This document shows, piece after piece, positions 1 through 8,752 of a stretch of 64,000 nt of DNA (positions are counted from its first letter, which is position 1; the number at the start of each line of letters is the position of its first letter). The stretch covers positions 1-64,000 of the IMG/VR virus record IMGVR_UViG_3300033994_001334; one strand, 5' to 3'. Under the pieces are notes generated by a model. It was given only the letters and a program-made list of their open reading frames with translations. It did not search any database and was not told the DNA's origin. Source of the stretch: a virus. Its lineage: Duplodnaviria > Heunggongvirae > Uroviricota > Caudoviricetes. The position numbers were made by a program, and so were the translations under genes.

Positions 1-783
1 GACTTCTTCTTTACCACCAACAGAACCGCCACCACCGGCACCACCCATCATTTGTTTCATCATATCGTCACTTAATTGCCAATAAAGAGTATCATTTATT
101 GACATCAACACACCATATTGGTTAATTAAATCCTCTGAACCAGTTATTTCTTCGATTTTATCTGCAACATAATGATACATATAGTGACCCTTTTTTGATG
201 CACCTTGTATCATATTATTAATTAATCTTCTTTTGGCTTTTTCCAAATCAATTTTTTCCAAATCATCCATCAAATCTGTTTCAATATCAACAGGCTCAAT
301 ATTTGGTTGTTGCTCCATTTCTCTATTGAAATCATTAGTCCCAATTTCACCCATACCGACAATTTTAGCGTTAAATTGTAACGCTCCTTCTGGTATACCC
401 ATTTCTTTCATTACCAATTCAACGGCTAATTGTTCTAATTGTTCTCTATGTGCTCTTTCAGTTTGGATTATTTGATTGTGAGCCGTCATCATCATTTGAG
501 CTAATGGCATAATATTAGAACCCCCTGTTAGTGGTGTATTAATACCGGTATATTCCCTAACTCTTGCGATTACTTGTTTGTATCTTTCAGACGCTAATAG
601 TTCCTGAAAGTTATTATTTGGTTGTTCCGCATTTGGTAATGGGATTTTTTTAAGTGGGGTGTCACCTTGCGATAATTTATTTTGTACCCCTTGGTCGGGT
701 CTATCTGGTGTGTCAAAACTCATTGCCATCTCTTCAATATTTTCTTTGAGTAAAGATAACAAAATTTTTTTAGTAAATTCCAT
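1..783 (-). CDS. hypothetical protein, C-terminus beyond left edge (start ATG at 781-783; MEFTKKILLSLLKEN…GGAGGGGSVGGKEEV)
   Basis: Minus-strand frame translated by hand with no stops from 783 to the window edge. Glycine-rich C-terminal stretch. Not in the ORF track because no stop lies inside the window. Confidence 0.4.
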   Translation of the reverse strand, partial: MEFTKKILLSLLKENIEEMAMSFDTPDRPDQGVQNKLSQGDTPLKKIPLPNAEQPNNNFQELLASERYKQVIARVREYTGINTPLTGGSNIMPLAQMMMTAHNQIIQTERAHREQLEQLAVELVMKEMGIPEGALQFNAKIVGMGEIGTNDFNREMEQQPNIEPVDIETDLMDDLEKIDLEKAKRRLINNMIQGASKKGHYMYHYVADKIEEITGSEDLINQYGVLMSINDTLYWQLSDDMMKQMMGGAGGGGSVGGKEEV

Positions 784-789
784 TTTAAA

Positions 790-1431
790 TTATTTATTTT
801 TCTTTTCTGATAATGCTTTAGGTTTTGGATTTGTTCCAGGTCCTGGTTCATATGGAGTTTTAGGTTTATTCGGTTTTTCTCTTGGTGGTGCGTCAGGTAA
901 AACTTCAGGTTGATTTGGTGACGGAGCGGTTGATGGTTGATTACCAACAATCGAATCATAAGTCATAAATTCGGGAACACCGTTGTGTCCAATTTTAGCT
1001 TTACCCGGCATTGGGTTTGATGTTGTCATTACCTTTTCATTAATAATACTCATAATATCTTTTTTAGATGTGAATTTTGTAAATTTACTTTCCGCCAAAG
1101 ATAACACCCATTCTGATAATTCCGTATTTTCTTTTTTTCCTTTTATGTTTTTTGTTTTCTTTCCATGTTTTTTATCTTTACATGTACATTCTTTCATTCC
1201 ACAAATAGGACAAACATCTTCTTTACCTTCGTAAGTTTCAATAGTTTTACCTTGTTTCATTGCGTTTGCAATATCTGTTTTTTCGGTTGCACCACCCTTT
1301 TTAACCATAACACTTTCATTAAATAGTGTTTTACATAGGGTTTTAAGTTCATTGTCACTCATCATAATGATGGTACTTCTATTAAACCCTTCCGATAATA
1401 ATTTTCTTACAAATTCTTTTCTTGTTGTCAT
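790..1431 (-). CDS. hypothetical Lys-rich protein with a CxxC…CxC zinc-ribbon-like motif and a Pro-rich C-terminus
   Basis: 213-aa ORF. Contains CPICGMKECTCKDKK. 4-nt overlap (ATGA) with the upstream gene indicates translational coupling. Confidence 0.5.
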   Translation of the reverse strand: MTTRKEFVRKLLSEGFNRSTIIMMSDNELKTLCKTLFNESVMVKKGGATEKTDIANAMKQGKTIETYEGKEDVCPICGMKECTCKDKKHGKKTKNIKGKKENTELSEWVLSLAESKFTKFTSKKDIMSIINEKVMTTSNPMPGKAKIGHNGVPEFMTYDSIVGNQPSTAPSPNQPEVLPDAPPREKPNKPKTPYEPGPGTNPKPKALSEKKNK

Positions 1432-1829
1432 GATATTTTAAATTTTAAATCTTGTTTTTCTAATTTTAAATCTCTCGATTTTAGTTTATCTGTTACCTTT
1501 TCGTATGATTCACCAAAACGGAAAAATAATCTATCATCCTCCATATCGAAGTTTGATTTTTCCCAAGCCATAGCGATTATACCATCTACAGCATCAATAA
1601 CACCGAAATAGTCAGAATTTTGTATCAATTCAAAAACTACGTCGGTGTCACGTAAAAGACCAACTTGGTCTATATATTTTACATCCGGAGATTTAGGACT
1701 TACTGTTGATGAGGCTGGTATATCAAACCATTCTTCCATGTCAATTTCAGTACTTTCACTAAAAATGAATTCGTACTGTTTTTGACCTTTATAATCGGAA
1801 CCAATCTCATTAACATATATTAAACGCAT
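1428..1829 (-). CDS. hypothetical protein
   Basis: 133-aa ORF tightly packed in a minus-strand operon. Confidence 0.45.
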   Translation of the reverse strand: MRLIYVNEIGSDYKGQKQYEFIFSESTEIDMEEWFDIPASSTVSPKSPDVKYIDQVGLLRDTDVVFELIQNSDYFGVIDAVDGIIAMAWEKSNFDMEDDRLFFRFGESYEKVTDKLKSRDLKLEKQDLKFKIS

Positions 1830-1830
1830 C

Positions 1831-2829
1831 TTACTTGAAATATTTTCCTAAAGTTTCAGAAATACTTTTATTAATTTCACTTTTAATTTCATCCAAATCT
1901 AATTCTTTAATTTCTTCTTCATTTGGAGTACCTAAGTCAGCATATTTTGATAGGTCAATTTCTTCATCTTGTACTGCTGGCGTATTTAAGAATTTTTGTA
2001 ATTTATCCATTGTCTCACCTAATTCTTCATCGCCTGTTGGTTCTGATGGTGCTTCTTCATCATCCGATGGAACATCAGGAGTTTCAACGTTAGAATCGGC
2101 ATCTTCTTCCGCTTCTCTATCAAATTTCTTACCTATTTCTTCAATATCCTCATCTTCAAGTTTATTTAAATCAACAGCTGAAATAATCATGTTAAGTACG
2201 TATTTAATATCATCACTTTCCATTTTAGATTTTTGGTCTCTCAATTCTTGACCTAACTTACCTGAGAATTTTTGAACTTCAGCCATATAATCTGAAGGTT
2301 TAGATTCTCCACCCATTTCATCTGAAGGTGACATTTCTGTTCCCATATCATCTGAAGGTGGCATTTCTGTACCCATTTCATCTGAAGGTAATGGTGCACC
2401 CATAGGTTGTTCTGAATCCATAGGTGGCATTTCTGTACCCATATCATCTGAAGGTGGCATTGATTCAGATTCTGGTTTATTTTGTTTTAAAACATATTTT
2501 GTAGCTTCGTTTAATTCCGAGCCACTTAATAAGTTCATTCTTTTATCAGCATCCGCATATGAATTAAATCGGTTTTTGTTTTTCATGAAAAGACCACCGA
2601 TATAATCAAGTGAATTTTCATTCAAACCTTTTTTTACATAGTAACCGTCTTTTTCTTTAACGATACCAAAAACACCATTTGATGATTCTGTTATACGTTC
2701 AACTTTAGATGTAGATGAATGTGATGACTTGGTATTTTGTTTATTACCGTAATAAGTCAACTCAAGGATACGTTTAAGTTTATCGTCTCCGTTAAGTTTC
2801 TCACTTCCTAGTGGTTTTAAGTCTGCCAT
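1831..2829 (-). CDS. acidic protein with tandem MGTEMPPSD repeats
   Basis: 332-aa ORF, very acidic. Five tandem 11-aa repeats encoded by 33-bp DNA repeats. Confidence 0.55.
   Translation of the reverse strand: MADLKPLGSEKLNGDDKLKRILELTYYGNKQNTKSSHSSTSKVERITESSNGVFGIVKEKDGYYVKKGLNENSLDYIGGLFMKNKNRFNSYADADKRMNLLSGSELNEATKYVLKQNKPESESMPPSDDMGTEMPPMDSEQPMGAPLPSDEMGTEMPPSDDMGTEMSPSDEMGGESKPSDYMAEVQKFSGKLGQELRDQKSKMESDDIKYVLNMIISAVDLNKLEDEDIEEIGKKFDREAEEDADSNVETPDVPSDDEEAPSEPTGDEELGETMDKLQKFLNTPAVQDEEIDLSKYADLGTPNEEEIKELDLDEIKSEINKSISETLGKYFK
2311..2460. repeat. tandem ~33-bp repeat x ~4.5 (catttcatctgaaggtggcatttctgtaccc) inside the CDS
   Basis: Repeats read directly from the sequence. They encode the MGTEMPPSD peptide repeats. 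Confidence 0.6.
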
Positions 2830-2903
2830 TTTTGTTAATTGTTAAATATATTATTCTTCGTTATCCTATAAATACATGCATATAGGTAAAAAATTTAAGT
2901 TTT

Positions 2904-3683
2904 CTATTGTGGGAGGGACAATTTATTATTTCTAATAGAAGTTTTGATTTTCATCAATTTCTCAATATACCCGTTTCTTCTTAGTAATTTAAATGTTAGG
3001 TTCTCATATGAATACTCCCCACCACTTTCAAGTCCACTCTGTCTGAACTTTTTTATTTTTGATTTTAATTCGTTTAAATCTTTTGTGATGTCATTATCCT
3101 GTTCTGATTTTTCAGAAAGGTCGTCAATTAGTTTTGCGTATTCCTCACCTTTTTCAAGTATTATTTCATCATCAATTTTTGGATTTGATTTCTGAGGTTC
3201 AACAACCCATTCATTATTTAATATTGAATAAACACCAGATGATAGATGTTTATCATCAACATCCTGTACATACAATTCAACTTCATAATTTTTAATTGAG
3301 ATATCAGTTGAGGTATTCCAAAGTCGTCTTTTTAAATCAAAAAACTCTTTTACAATTGTCATATAAACCTCGGAACTTACTTTTCCTGAACTAAATTCAT
3401 CAAAATCTATTAATATGTGTATATCAACATCCGAATATTTTGACCAATTATAGTTTGCTAATGAACCGGTTAAAACAATGTCAAATACAAAAAAATCAAT
3501 ACCGATAAATTCTAAAAATTCATTAGATATTTCTAATAATTTTTCTCTTATTTCATCTTTTAGTTTGTGGTTACCATTATCATTTGAAAAAATAGTATCG
3601 GGCAAAGAATCTTTTGACCTAAAAGATTTAATAATCTCTTTGTCAACATCTTTATCTTCTATTAGTTCTTCAAATAAACTCAT
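2904..3683 (-). CDS. pol-beta-superfamily nucleotidyltransferase-fold protein
   Basis: LTGSLANYNWSKYSDVDIHILID fits the minimal NTase motif hG[GS]x9-13Dh[DE]h. 259 aa. Confidence 0.45.
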   Translation of the reverse strand: MSLFEELIEDKDVDKEIIKSFRSKDSLPDTIFSNDNGNHKLKDEIREKLLEISNEFLEFIGIDFFVFDIVLTGSLANYNWSKYSDVDIHILIDFDEFSSGKVSSEVYMTIVKEFFDLKRRLWNTSTDISIKNYEVELYVQDVDDKHLSSGVYSILNNEWVVEPQKSNPKIDDEIILEKGEEYAKLIDDLSEKSEQDNDITKDLNELKSKIKKFRQSGLESGGEYSYENLTFKLLRRNGYIEKLMKIKTSIRNNKLSLPQ

Positions 3684-3925
3684 TGTACCTTTTTATATTT
3701 AAATGTTCTCGAAATGTTTCCGTTAAAGTATTTTCCCTGTGATTCGGCCATTCTGAATTTAGTAAAAATTTCCCACGGAACTTTTTCATACTCATAAATA
3801 GAGCCGTTATTAAATTCCATCAATAGAGTTTCATCCTCTGTATTGAACTTTGCTGATTTAAGATTTGATGATGAGATAGTTACCTCAATCATCTTACCCT
3901 CAATTTTTTCTGAAATAATACCCAT
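3680..3925 (-). CDS. KTSC-domain protein (start re-called at MGIISEK…)
   Basis: …NGSIYEYEKVPWEIFTKFRMAESQGKYFNGNI resembles the KTSC/PF13619 pattern (Y.Y..VP…F..F…S.G.YFN..I). The longer 122-aa ORF in the track has an unlikely N-terminal extension. Confidence 0.45.
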   Translation of the reverse strand: MGIISEKIEGKMIEVTISSSNLKSAKFNTEDETLLMEFNNGSIYEYEKVPWEIFTKFRMAESQGKYFNGNISRTFKYKKVQ

Positions 3926-4062
3926 AATATAATTTTTGTGATAATATACACAATAAATATCAAATAAAAAACCAATAATGTTGACTACTTGTGAACGAAA
4001 AATTACCCATAACTTGTTTTTGAAACAAATTTTTAGTATCTTTACCAAAAATTATAAATAAT

Positions 4063-6075
4063 ATGTCAGTAGATTTTTTCGAAGAGGGACCGGTTTCAAA
4101 CCCTAAAAGAACCAAAAAAGGTTCAACTACACCCATTCTTGACAATTTTTCAAGAGACCTCAATAAGTTAGCTGAGGAAGGTAAAATTGACCCTGTTATT
4201 GGGAGAGATAAAGAAGTTAAACGAATAGCACAAATTCTTTCAAGAAAGAAGAAAAACAACGCAGTTATTGTTGGTGATGCTGGTGTGGGTAAATCCGCAT
4301 TAGTTGAAAAACTTGCGTTAATGATAGTAAAAGGTGATTGTCCAACTAATCTTTTAGATAAACGAATAATGTCACTTGATTTAACTTCATTAGTGGCGGG
4401 TACAAAGTATAGAGGACAATTTGAGGAGAGAATCAAAGCAATTTTAAATGAGTTACAAAACGAACCAAATGTTATTATATTCATTGATGAGTTACACACA
4501 ATGGTTGGTGCGGGTAATGCAAGTGGAGCAATGGATGCGGCTAATATACTTAAACCAGCATTAGCGAGAGGTGAAATGCAATGTATTGGTGCAACAACAT
4601 TTGATGAGTTTAAAAAACACATTGAAAAAGACGGAGCACTTGTTAGAAGATTCCAAAAAATTATTTTAAAAGAACCAACAATAGGTGAAACCACTCAGAT
4701 TTTGGATAATTTGAAGTCTTCATATGAATCATTCCATAAAGTACATTACGATGATGGGGTTATTGAAACAATTGTAAAATTATCTGACAGATATATAACC
4801 GATAGACAGTTTCCCGATAAAGCAATCGATGTAATGGATGAGTTGGGTTCAGATAAAAAAATTAATACAAAAATACCAGATTCAATTGAAAAATTGAAGA
4901 AGGAATCGGACGAAATAAAAGAAAGAAAAATCCAAGTAGTAAGAAGTCAAAATTATGAACAAGCAGCAAAATTAAGGGATGAAGAAAGAAAAGTAATTGC
5001 TAAATTGGACGATGAAAAACTTAAATGGCAGGAAAAACAAAAAGACAATAAAACACCAATTAGTGTTGATGATGTTTATGCTATTATATCTCAAATGACT
5101 GGTGTCCCAATAAGTAAATTGGATAGTAGAGAAACTGAAAATTTATTAAAAATTGATGAAAGGTTGAAATCTAAGGTAATTGGTCAAGATGATGCTATTG
5201 GTATTATTTCAAAGGCTATTAAAAGAAATAGAGTTGGTATTAAAGATGCGAATAAACCCATCGGTTCTTTTATCTTTTTAGGTTCTACCGGTGTGGGTAA
5301 AACATATCTCGCAAAATCAATTGCGGAAATTTTATTTGGTGACCCCGAAAAGGTTATTAGGGTTGACATGAGTGAATTCATGGAAAAACATAACGTATCA
5401 AGATTGATTGGTTCTCCTCCGGGTTATGTTGGATATGATGAAGGTGGTCAATTAACTGAGAAAATTAAAAACAACCCATTCTCTGTTGTTTTATTTGATG
5501 AGATTGAGAAAGCTCATAAAGACGTGTTCAATATTTTACTACAAATACTTGATGAGGGTCATCTAACCGATTCATTTGGTAGAAAAGTAAACTTTACAAA
5601 TACAATTATAATCATGACCTCAAATATTGGAGCTAAAAAGGTATCCGATTTTGGTGGAGGAGTTGGTTTTAACACATCATCAAGTGAGACTCAAAAATAT
5701 GAAGTTAGAAAGAGTATTATACAAAAATCACTAAAACAACAGTTTAATCCCGAATTTTTAAATAGGATTGACGATGTAATCTTGTTTAACAAATTGGATA
5801 AGGATGTTATGAATAAAATCATACAAATTGAATTAAATAAACTTGTTAATAGACTTAAAGAAAAGAACTATAACATTACTTTTGATAAAACAATAATTTC
5901 TCGTATTTCCGAACTTAATACACAGGAAGATTACGGTGCGAGACCAATTAAAAGAATTATTCAAAATCTTTGTGAGGATTTTTTAAGTGATGAAATCTTA
6001 AAGGGTACAATTAAAGAAAAAACTAACGTTACTTTAAAAATAAAAGACGGAGAAATAAAAATTTTTAAAAAATAG
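4063..6075 (+). CDS. ClpC/ClpB-like AAA+ chaperone with two nucleotide-binding domains
   Basis: Walker A1 GDAGVGKSA and Walker A2 GSTGVGKTY. Clp N-terminal signature IGRDKEVKRIAQILSRKKKNN. UVR-like mid-domain QNYEQAAKLRDEERKV (ClpC-type short M-domain). 670 aa. Confidence 0.85.
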   Translation: MSVDFFEEGPVSNPKRTKKGSTTPILDNFSRDLNKLAEEGKIDPVIGRDKEVKRIAQILSRKKKNNAVIVGDAGVGKSALVEKLALMIVKGDCPTNLLDKRIMSLDLTSLVAGTKYRGQFEERIKAILNELQNEPNVIIFIDELHTMVGAGNASGAMDAANILKPALARGEMQCIGATTFDEFKKHIEKDGALVRRFQKIILKEPTIGETTQILDNLKSSYESFHKVHYDDGVIETIVKLSDRYITDRQFPDKAIDVMDELGSDKKINTKIPDSIEKLKKESDEIKERKIQVVRSQNYEQAAKLRDEERKVIAKLDDEKLKWQEKQKDNKTPISVDDVYAIISQMTGVPISKLDSRETENLLKIDERLKSKVIGQDDAIGIISKAIKRNRVGIKDANKPIGSFIFLGSTGVGKTYLAKSIAEILFGDPEKVIRVDMSEFMEKHNVSRLIGSPPGYVGYDEGGQLTEKIKNNPFSVVLFDEIEKAHKDVFNILLQILDEGHLTDSFGRKVNFTNTIIIMTSNIGAKKVSDFGGGVGFNTSSSETQKYEVRKSIIQKSLKQQFNPEFLNRIDDVILFNKLDKDVMNKIIQIELNKLVNRLKEKNYNITFDKTIISRISELNTQEDYGARPIKRIIQNLCEDFLSDEILKGTIKEKTNVTLKIKDGEIKIFKK

Positions 6076-6194
6076 TATTAAATATTGAGATTTTTCAAAA
6101 AAGATATATATTTATATTTATACACATAGGAAATCTTTGCCGAAATCCTTTCGTTTTTTAGTCCGTGGCGTTGAAACCACAAAATGACCTTAAT

Positions 6195-6221
6195 CCCCAA
6201 CCACTCGTTGGGGATTTTTTA
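6195..6221 (+). terminator. rho-independent terminator (CCCCAAC cactc GTTGGGG + T-run)
   Basis: Perfect 7-bp GC-rich stem followed by TTTTTT. Confidence 0.55.
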
Positions 6222-6251
6222 TTTCAAAAAATTTACGTATATTTGTAGAAT

Positions 6252-6425
6252 ATGAGAAAATACGCATACTTTCTTGCATTTGTTGCTATGATTACAATGA
6301 GTGCATGTGGTTCAAACGAATCGACCACAGAAACAGGAAAAACAGATTCAACATCAGTTTCTATTGACACTACGGTAGTTCCAGTTATGGAGTCTACAGA
6401 GGTGTCAACTGATTCTGTTAACTAG
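6252..6425 (+). CDS. small lipoprotein (MRKYAYFLAFVAMITMSAC…)
   Basis: 57-aa ORF, shorter than the track cutoff. Signal peptide plus lipobox-like MSAC. A TAtaTTTG −7 box lies at 6234-6241. Confidence 0.4.
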   Translation: MRKYAYFLAFVAMITMSACGSNESTTETGKTDSTSVSIDTTVVPVMESTEVSTDSVN

Positions 6426-6513
6426 TTTAATGAGTGCTCACTACTATTAGTGGTAATGTGAGTTAAATGTATTGATTGTGACACCACAGCTCGTTTTTTT
6501 ATTAAAAATAATT

Positions 6514-6933
6514 ATGGATATGATATATACAAAAGATTTAATACTATTAAGGGGAGTACCGGGTTCAGGTAAAACAACATTAGGTGAAGTTATCCTACAT
6601 ATGCCCAACAACCAACTAAAACCATTATCCGCCGATGATTACTTTATTGATGACTCAGGAAATTATAATTTTGATGCCTCAATTTTAAAAGAAGCACACA
6701 ATGACTGTCAACAAAGATGTTCTCATCTTATGCAGAACGATGTTATGAAAATTGTAGTTTCAAATACATTTACTCAGGAGTGGGAAATGAAACCATATTA
6801 TCAAATGGCCGAAAGATATGGTTATAGAGTACATAGTGTTATTGTTGAAAACAGACATGGTGGTATAAATGAACACAATGTACCAGAAGAAAAACTTTTA
6901 CAAATGAAAAACCGTTTTGAGGTAAAATTATAA
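6514..6933 (+). CDS. pnk: polynucleotide 5'-kinase-like P-loop kinase (kinase domain only)
   Basis: GVPGSGKTT Walker A. Layout LSADDYFID…VVSNTF…YGYRV parallels the T4 Pnk kinase domain (GCPGSGKST…RDDYR…ISDTNL…YGWKV). Start re-called at MDMIYTK. Confidence 0.55.
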   Translation: MDMIYTKDLILLRGVPGSGKTTLGEVILHMPNNQLKPLSADDYFIDDSGNYNFDASILKEAHNDCQQRCSHLMQNDVMKIVVSNTFTQEWEMKPYYQMAERYGYRVHSVIVENRHGGINEHNVPEEKLLQMKNRFEVKL

Positions 6934-6934
6934 A

Positions 6935-7978
6935 ATGATTGAGAAATTAGAACAATATCACAAAGATGGTTTGTTACAGAAACAAATCCACCCAACTCTT
7001 GACTTAACTATTTGGAATTATTCCCCAAAAGTTCAATACGAAAGATTGTGGGATGATATCACTATGCAATGTCGTGGATTGGTTACTAACAGTAAAGGTG
7101 AAATTGTTGCAAGACCATTCACTAAGTTTTTTAATTATGAAGAATTAACACCTGAAGAAATACCAAATGAATATTTTGATGTCTACGAAAAAATGGATGG
7201 TTCTTTGGGTATATTATTCAATTACCAAGGAGAGTGGGTATTATCAACAAGAGGTTCATTTACATCACCACAATCAATAGTTGGTTTTGAGATACTAAAA
7301 AAATATAAGTACAAATACCTTCCATCTGATTGTACATATCTTTTTGAAATAATTTATCCAGAAAACAGAATTGTTGTTGATTATGGTTCGGAAAAAAAAT
7401 TAGTTTTACTTGCCGTAATTCAAACCAACACAGGAGAGGAATATAATATCCACAATCAAGATTATGAATCGTTAGGTTTTAAAACAGTTACTATATATAA
7501 AACTTGGGGAGAGGGATATGATATACTAAAAAAAGAGATATCGAAAGATAAAGAAGGGTATGTAATTCGTTTTAAAAATGGTTTTCGTATGAAAATAAAA
7601 GGGGATGAGTATGTCCGTTTGCATCGAATATTGACCAACATATCTAACCGAGATATATGGGAGTATTTGAAAGATGGGAAACCTTTGGACGAGATACTTG
7701 ATAAAGTACCCGATGAATTTTATGATTGGGTTAAACAAACTAAAGAAGAGTTGTTAACTCAATTTGAAACATTAGATAAAGAATATCAATGGATATTCAA
7801 AATAATAAATAGGGTTCCGGGTATTGAAAATAGAGGTGTATTTGCATCATATGCGAAAATGTATAAGCACCCAAATTTATTATTTAACATGTTAGATGGT
7901 AAAGATTATTCAGAACAAATATGGAAATTACTATACCCACCGTACTCAAAACCATTTAATAAGAATGAAGAGAATTAG
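6935..7978 (+). CDS. rnlA: RNA ligase 1 (RnlA-like), ATP-dependent
   Basis: Motif I KMDGSL, matching T4 Rnl1 K99-EDGSL. 347 aa. 1-nt spacing from the kinase gene. Confidence 0.7.
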   Translation: MIEKLEQYHKDGLLQKQIHPTLDLTIWNYSPKVQYERLWDDITMQCRGLVTNSKGEIVARPFTKFFNYEELTPEEIPNEYFDVYEKMDGSLGILFNYQGEWVLSTRGSFTSPQSIVGFEILKKYKYKYLPSDCTYLFEIIYPENRIVVDYGSEKKLVLLAVIQTNTGEEYNIHNQDYESLGFKTVTIYKTWGEGYDILKKEISKDKEGYVIRFKNGFRMKIKGDEYVRLHRILTNISNRDIWEYLKDGKPLDEILDKVPDEFYDWVKQTKEELLTQFETLDKEYQWIFKIINRVPGIENRGVFASYAKMYKHPNLLFNMLDGKDYSEQIWKLLYPPYSKPFNKNEEN

Positions 7979-7994
7979 TAAAAAAAATTACACA

Positions 7995-8411
7995 ATGAAA
8001 AAAAGAATTTATTTGGATGACGTTAGAACCCCCATTTTAAAAGATGAATGGGTGATTGTTAGGAATTATGAAGAATTTGTAGATAAGATAACCGAAATAG
8101 GGTTAGAAAATATTGAATTGATTTCATTAGACCATGACTTAGGGGATAGTGCAATGAAAGAATGGCACAAAAATGTTTATCATAACTATACATTGAACTA
8201 TGATAATATTACCGAAAAGACGGGTATGGATTGCGTAAAATGGTTAGTTGAACAATGGATGGATGGTAAATCTGTTGTTGATGTTTTTGTACACTCAGCA
8301 AATGCTGTGGGTAGTGGAAATATGATGGGGTACATTAATAATTTTAGACACATCAATCACTTACCACAAAATTGTATTAGAGTTCAAATCGAACATACTG
8401 TTGAAAAATAA
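7995..8411 (+). CDS. hypothetical protein adjacent to the RNA-repair pair (…ISLDHDLGD…)
   Basis: In-frame ATG at 7995. The longer 7896 start overlaps rnlA. Confidence 0.4.
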   Translation: MKKRIYLDDVRTPILKDEWVIVRNYEEFVDKITEIGLENIELISLDHDLGDSAMKEWHKNVYHNYTLNYDNITEKTGMDCVKWLVEQWMDGKSVVDVFVHSANAVGSGNMMGYINNFRHINHLPQNCIRVQIEHTVEK

Positions 8412-8422
8412 TCAAACAAACC

Positions 8423-8752
8423 ATGACAACAAAAAATAATGAAACCTCAATTAAAAAATTGAGTATTAAAGGAAAATATTCGGGATTTACAGATTTTTAC
8501 GATATCAATAAAGTTAAAATCTATAAGAACATAATAAATCTTTTTGGTAATCTTAAAAACAAAGAAAAAAATAATTTAATTTTGGTTTTATCGGCTAAAA
8601 TAATGGATTTAGATTGGGAAACGGAATTAAAATTTAATAGACAAGAAATTATAGTTCTAATTAGAGATTTAATACCATATTTTGAAAGTGTTGAAGATTA
8701 TGAAACCTGTGGAGAAATCCACAAACTATATCTAGAACTTTCTTCTATTTAG
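8423..8752 (+). CDS. hypothetical protein
   Basis: 109-aa ORF. Confidence 0.4.
   Translation: MTTKNNETSIKKLSIKGKYSGFTDFYDINKVKIYKNIINLFGNLKNKEKNNLILVLSAKIMDLDWETELKFNRQEIIVLIRDLIPYFESVEDYETCGEIHKLYLELSSI

Noticed and set aside
233-913. Plus-strand ORFs 233-475 and 659-913
   Set aside because: Low-complexity translations lying antisense inside a long uninterrupted minus-strand frame (1-783) that fits the local operon orientation.
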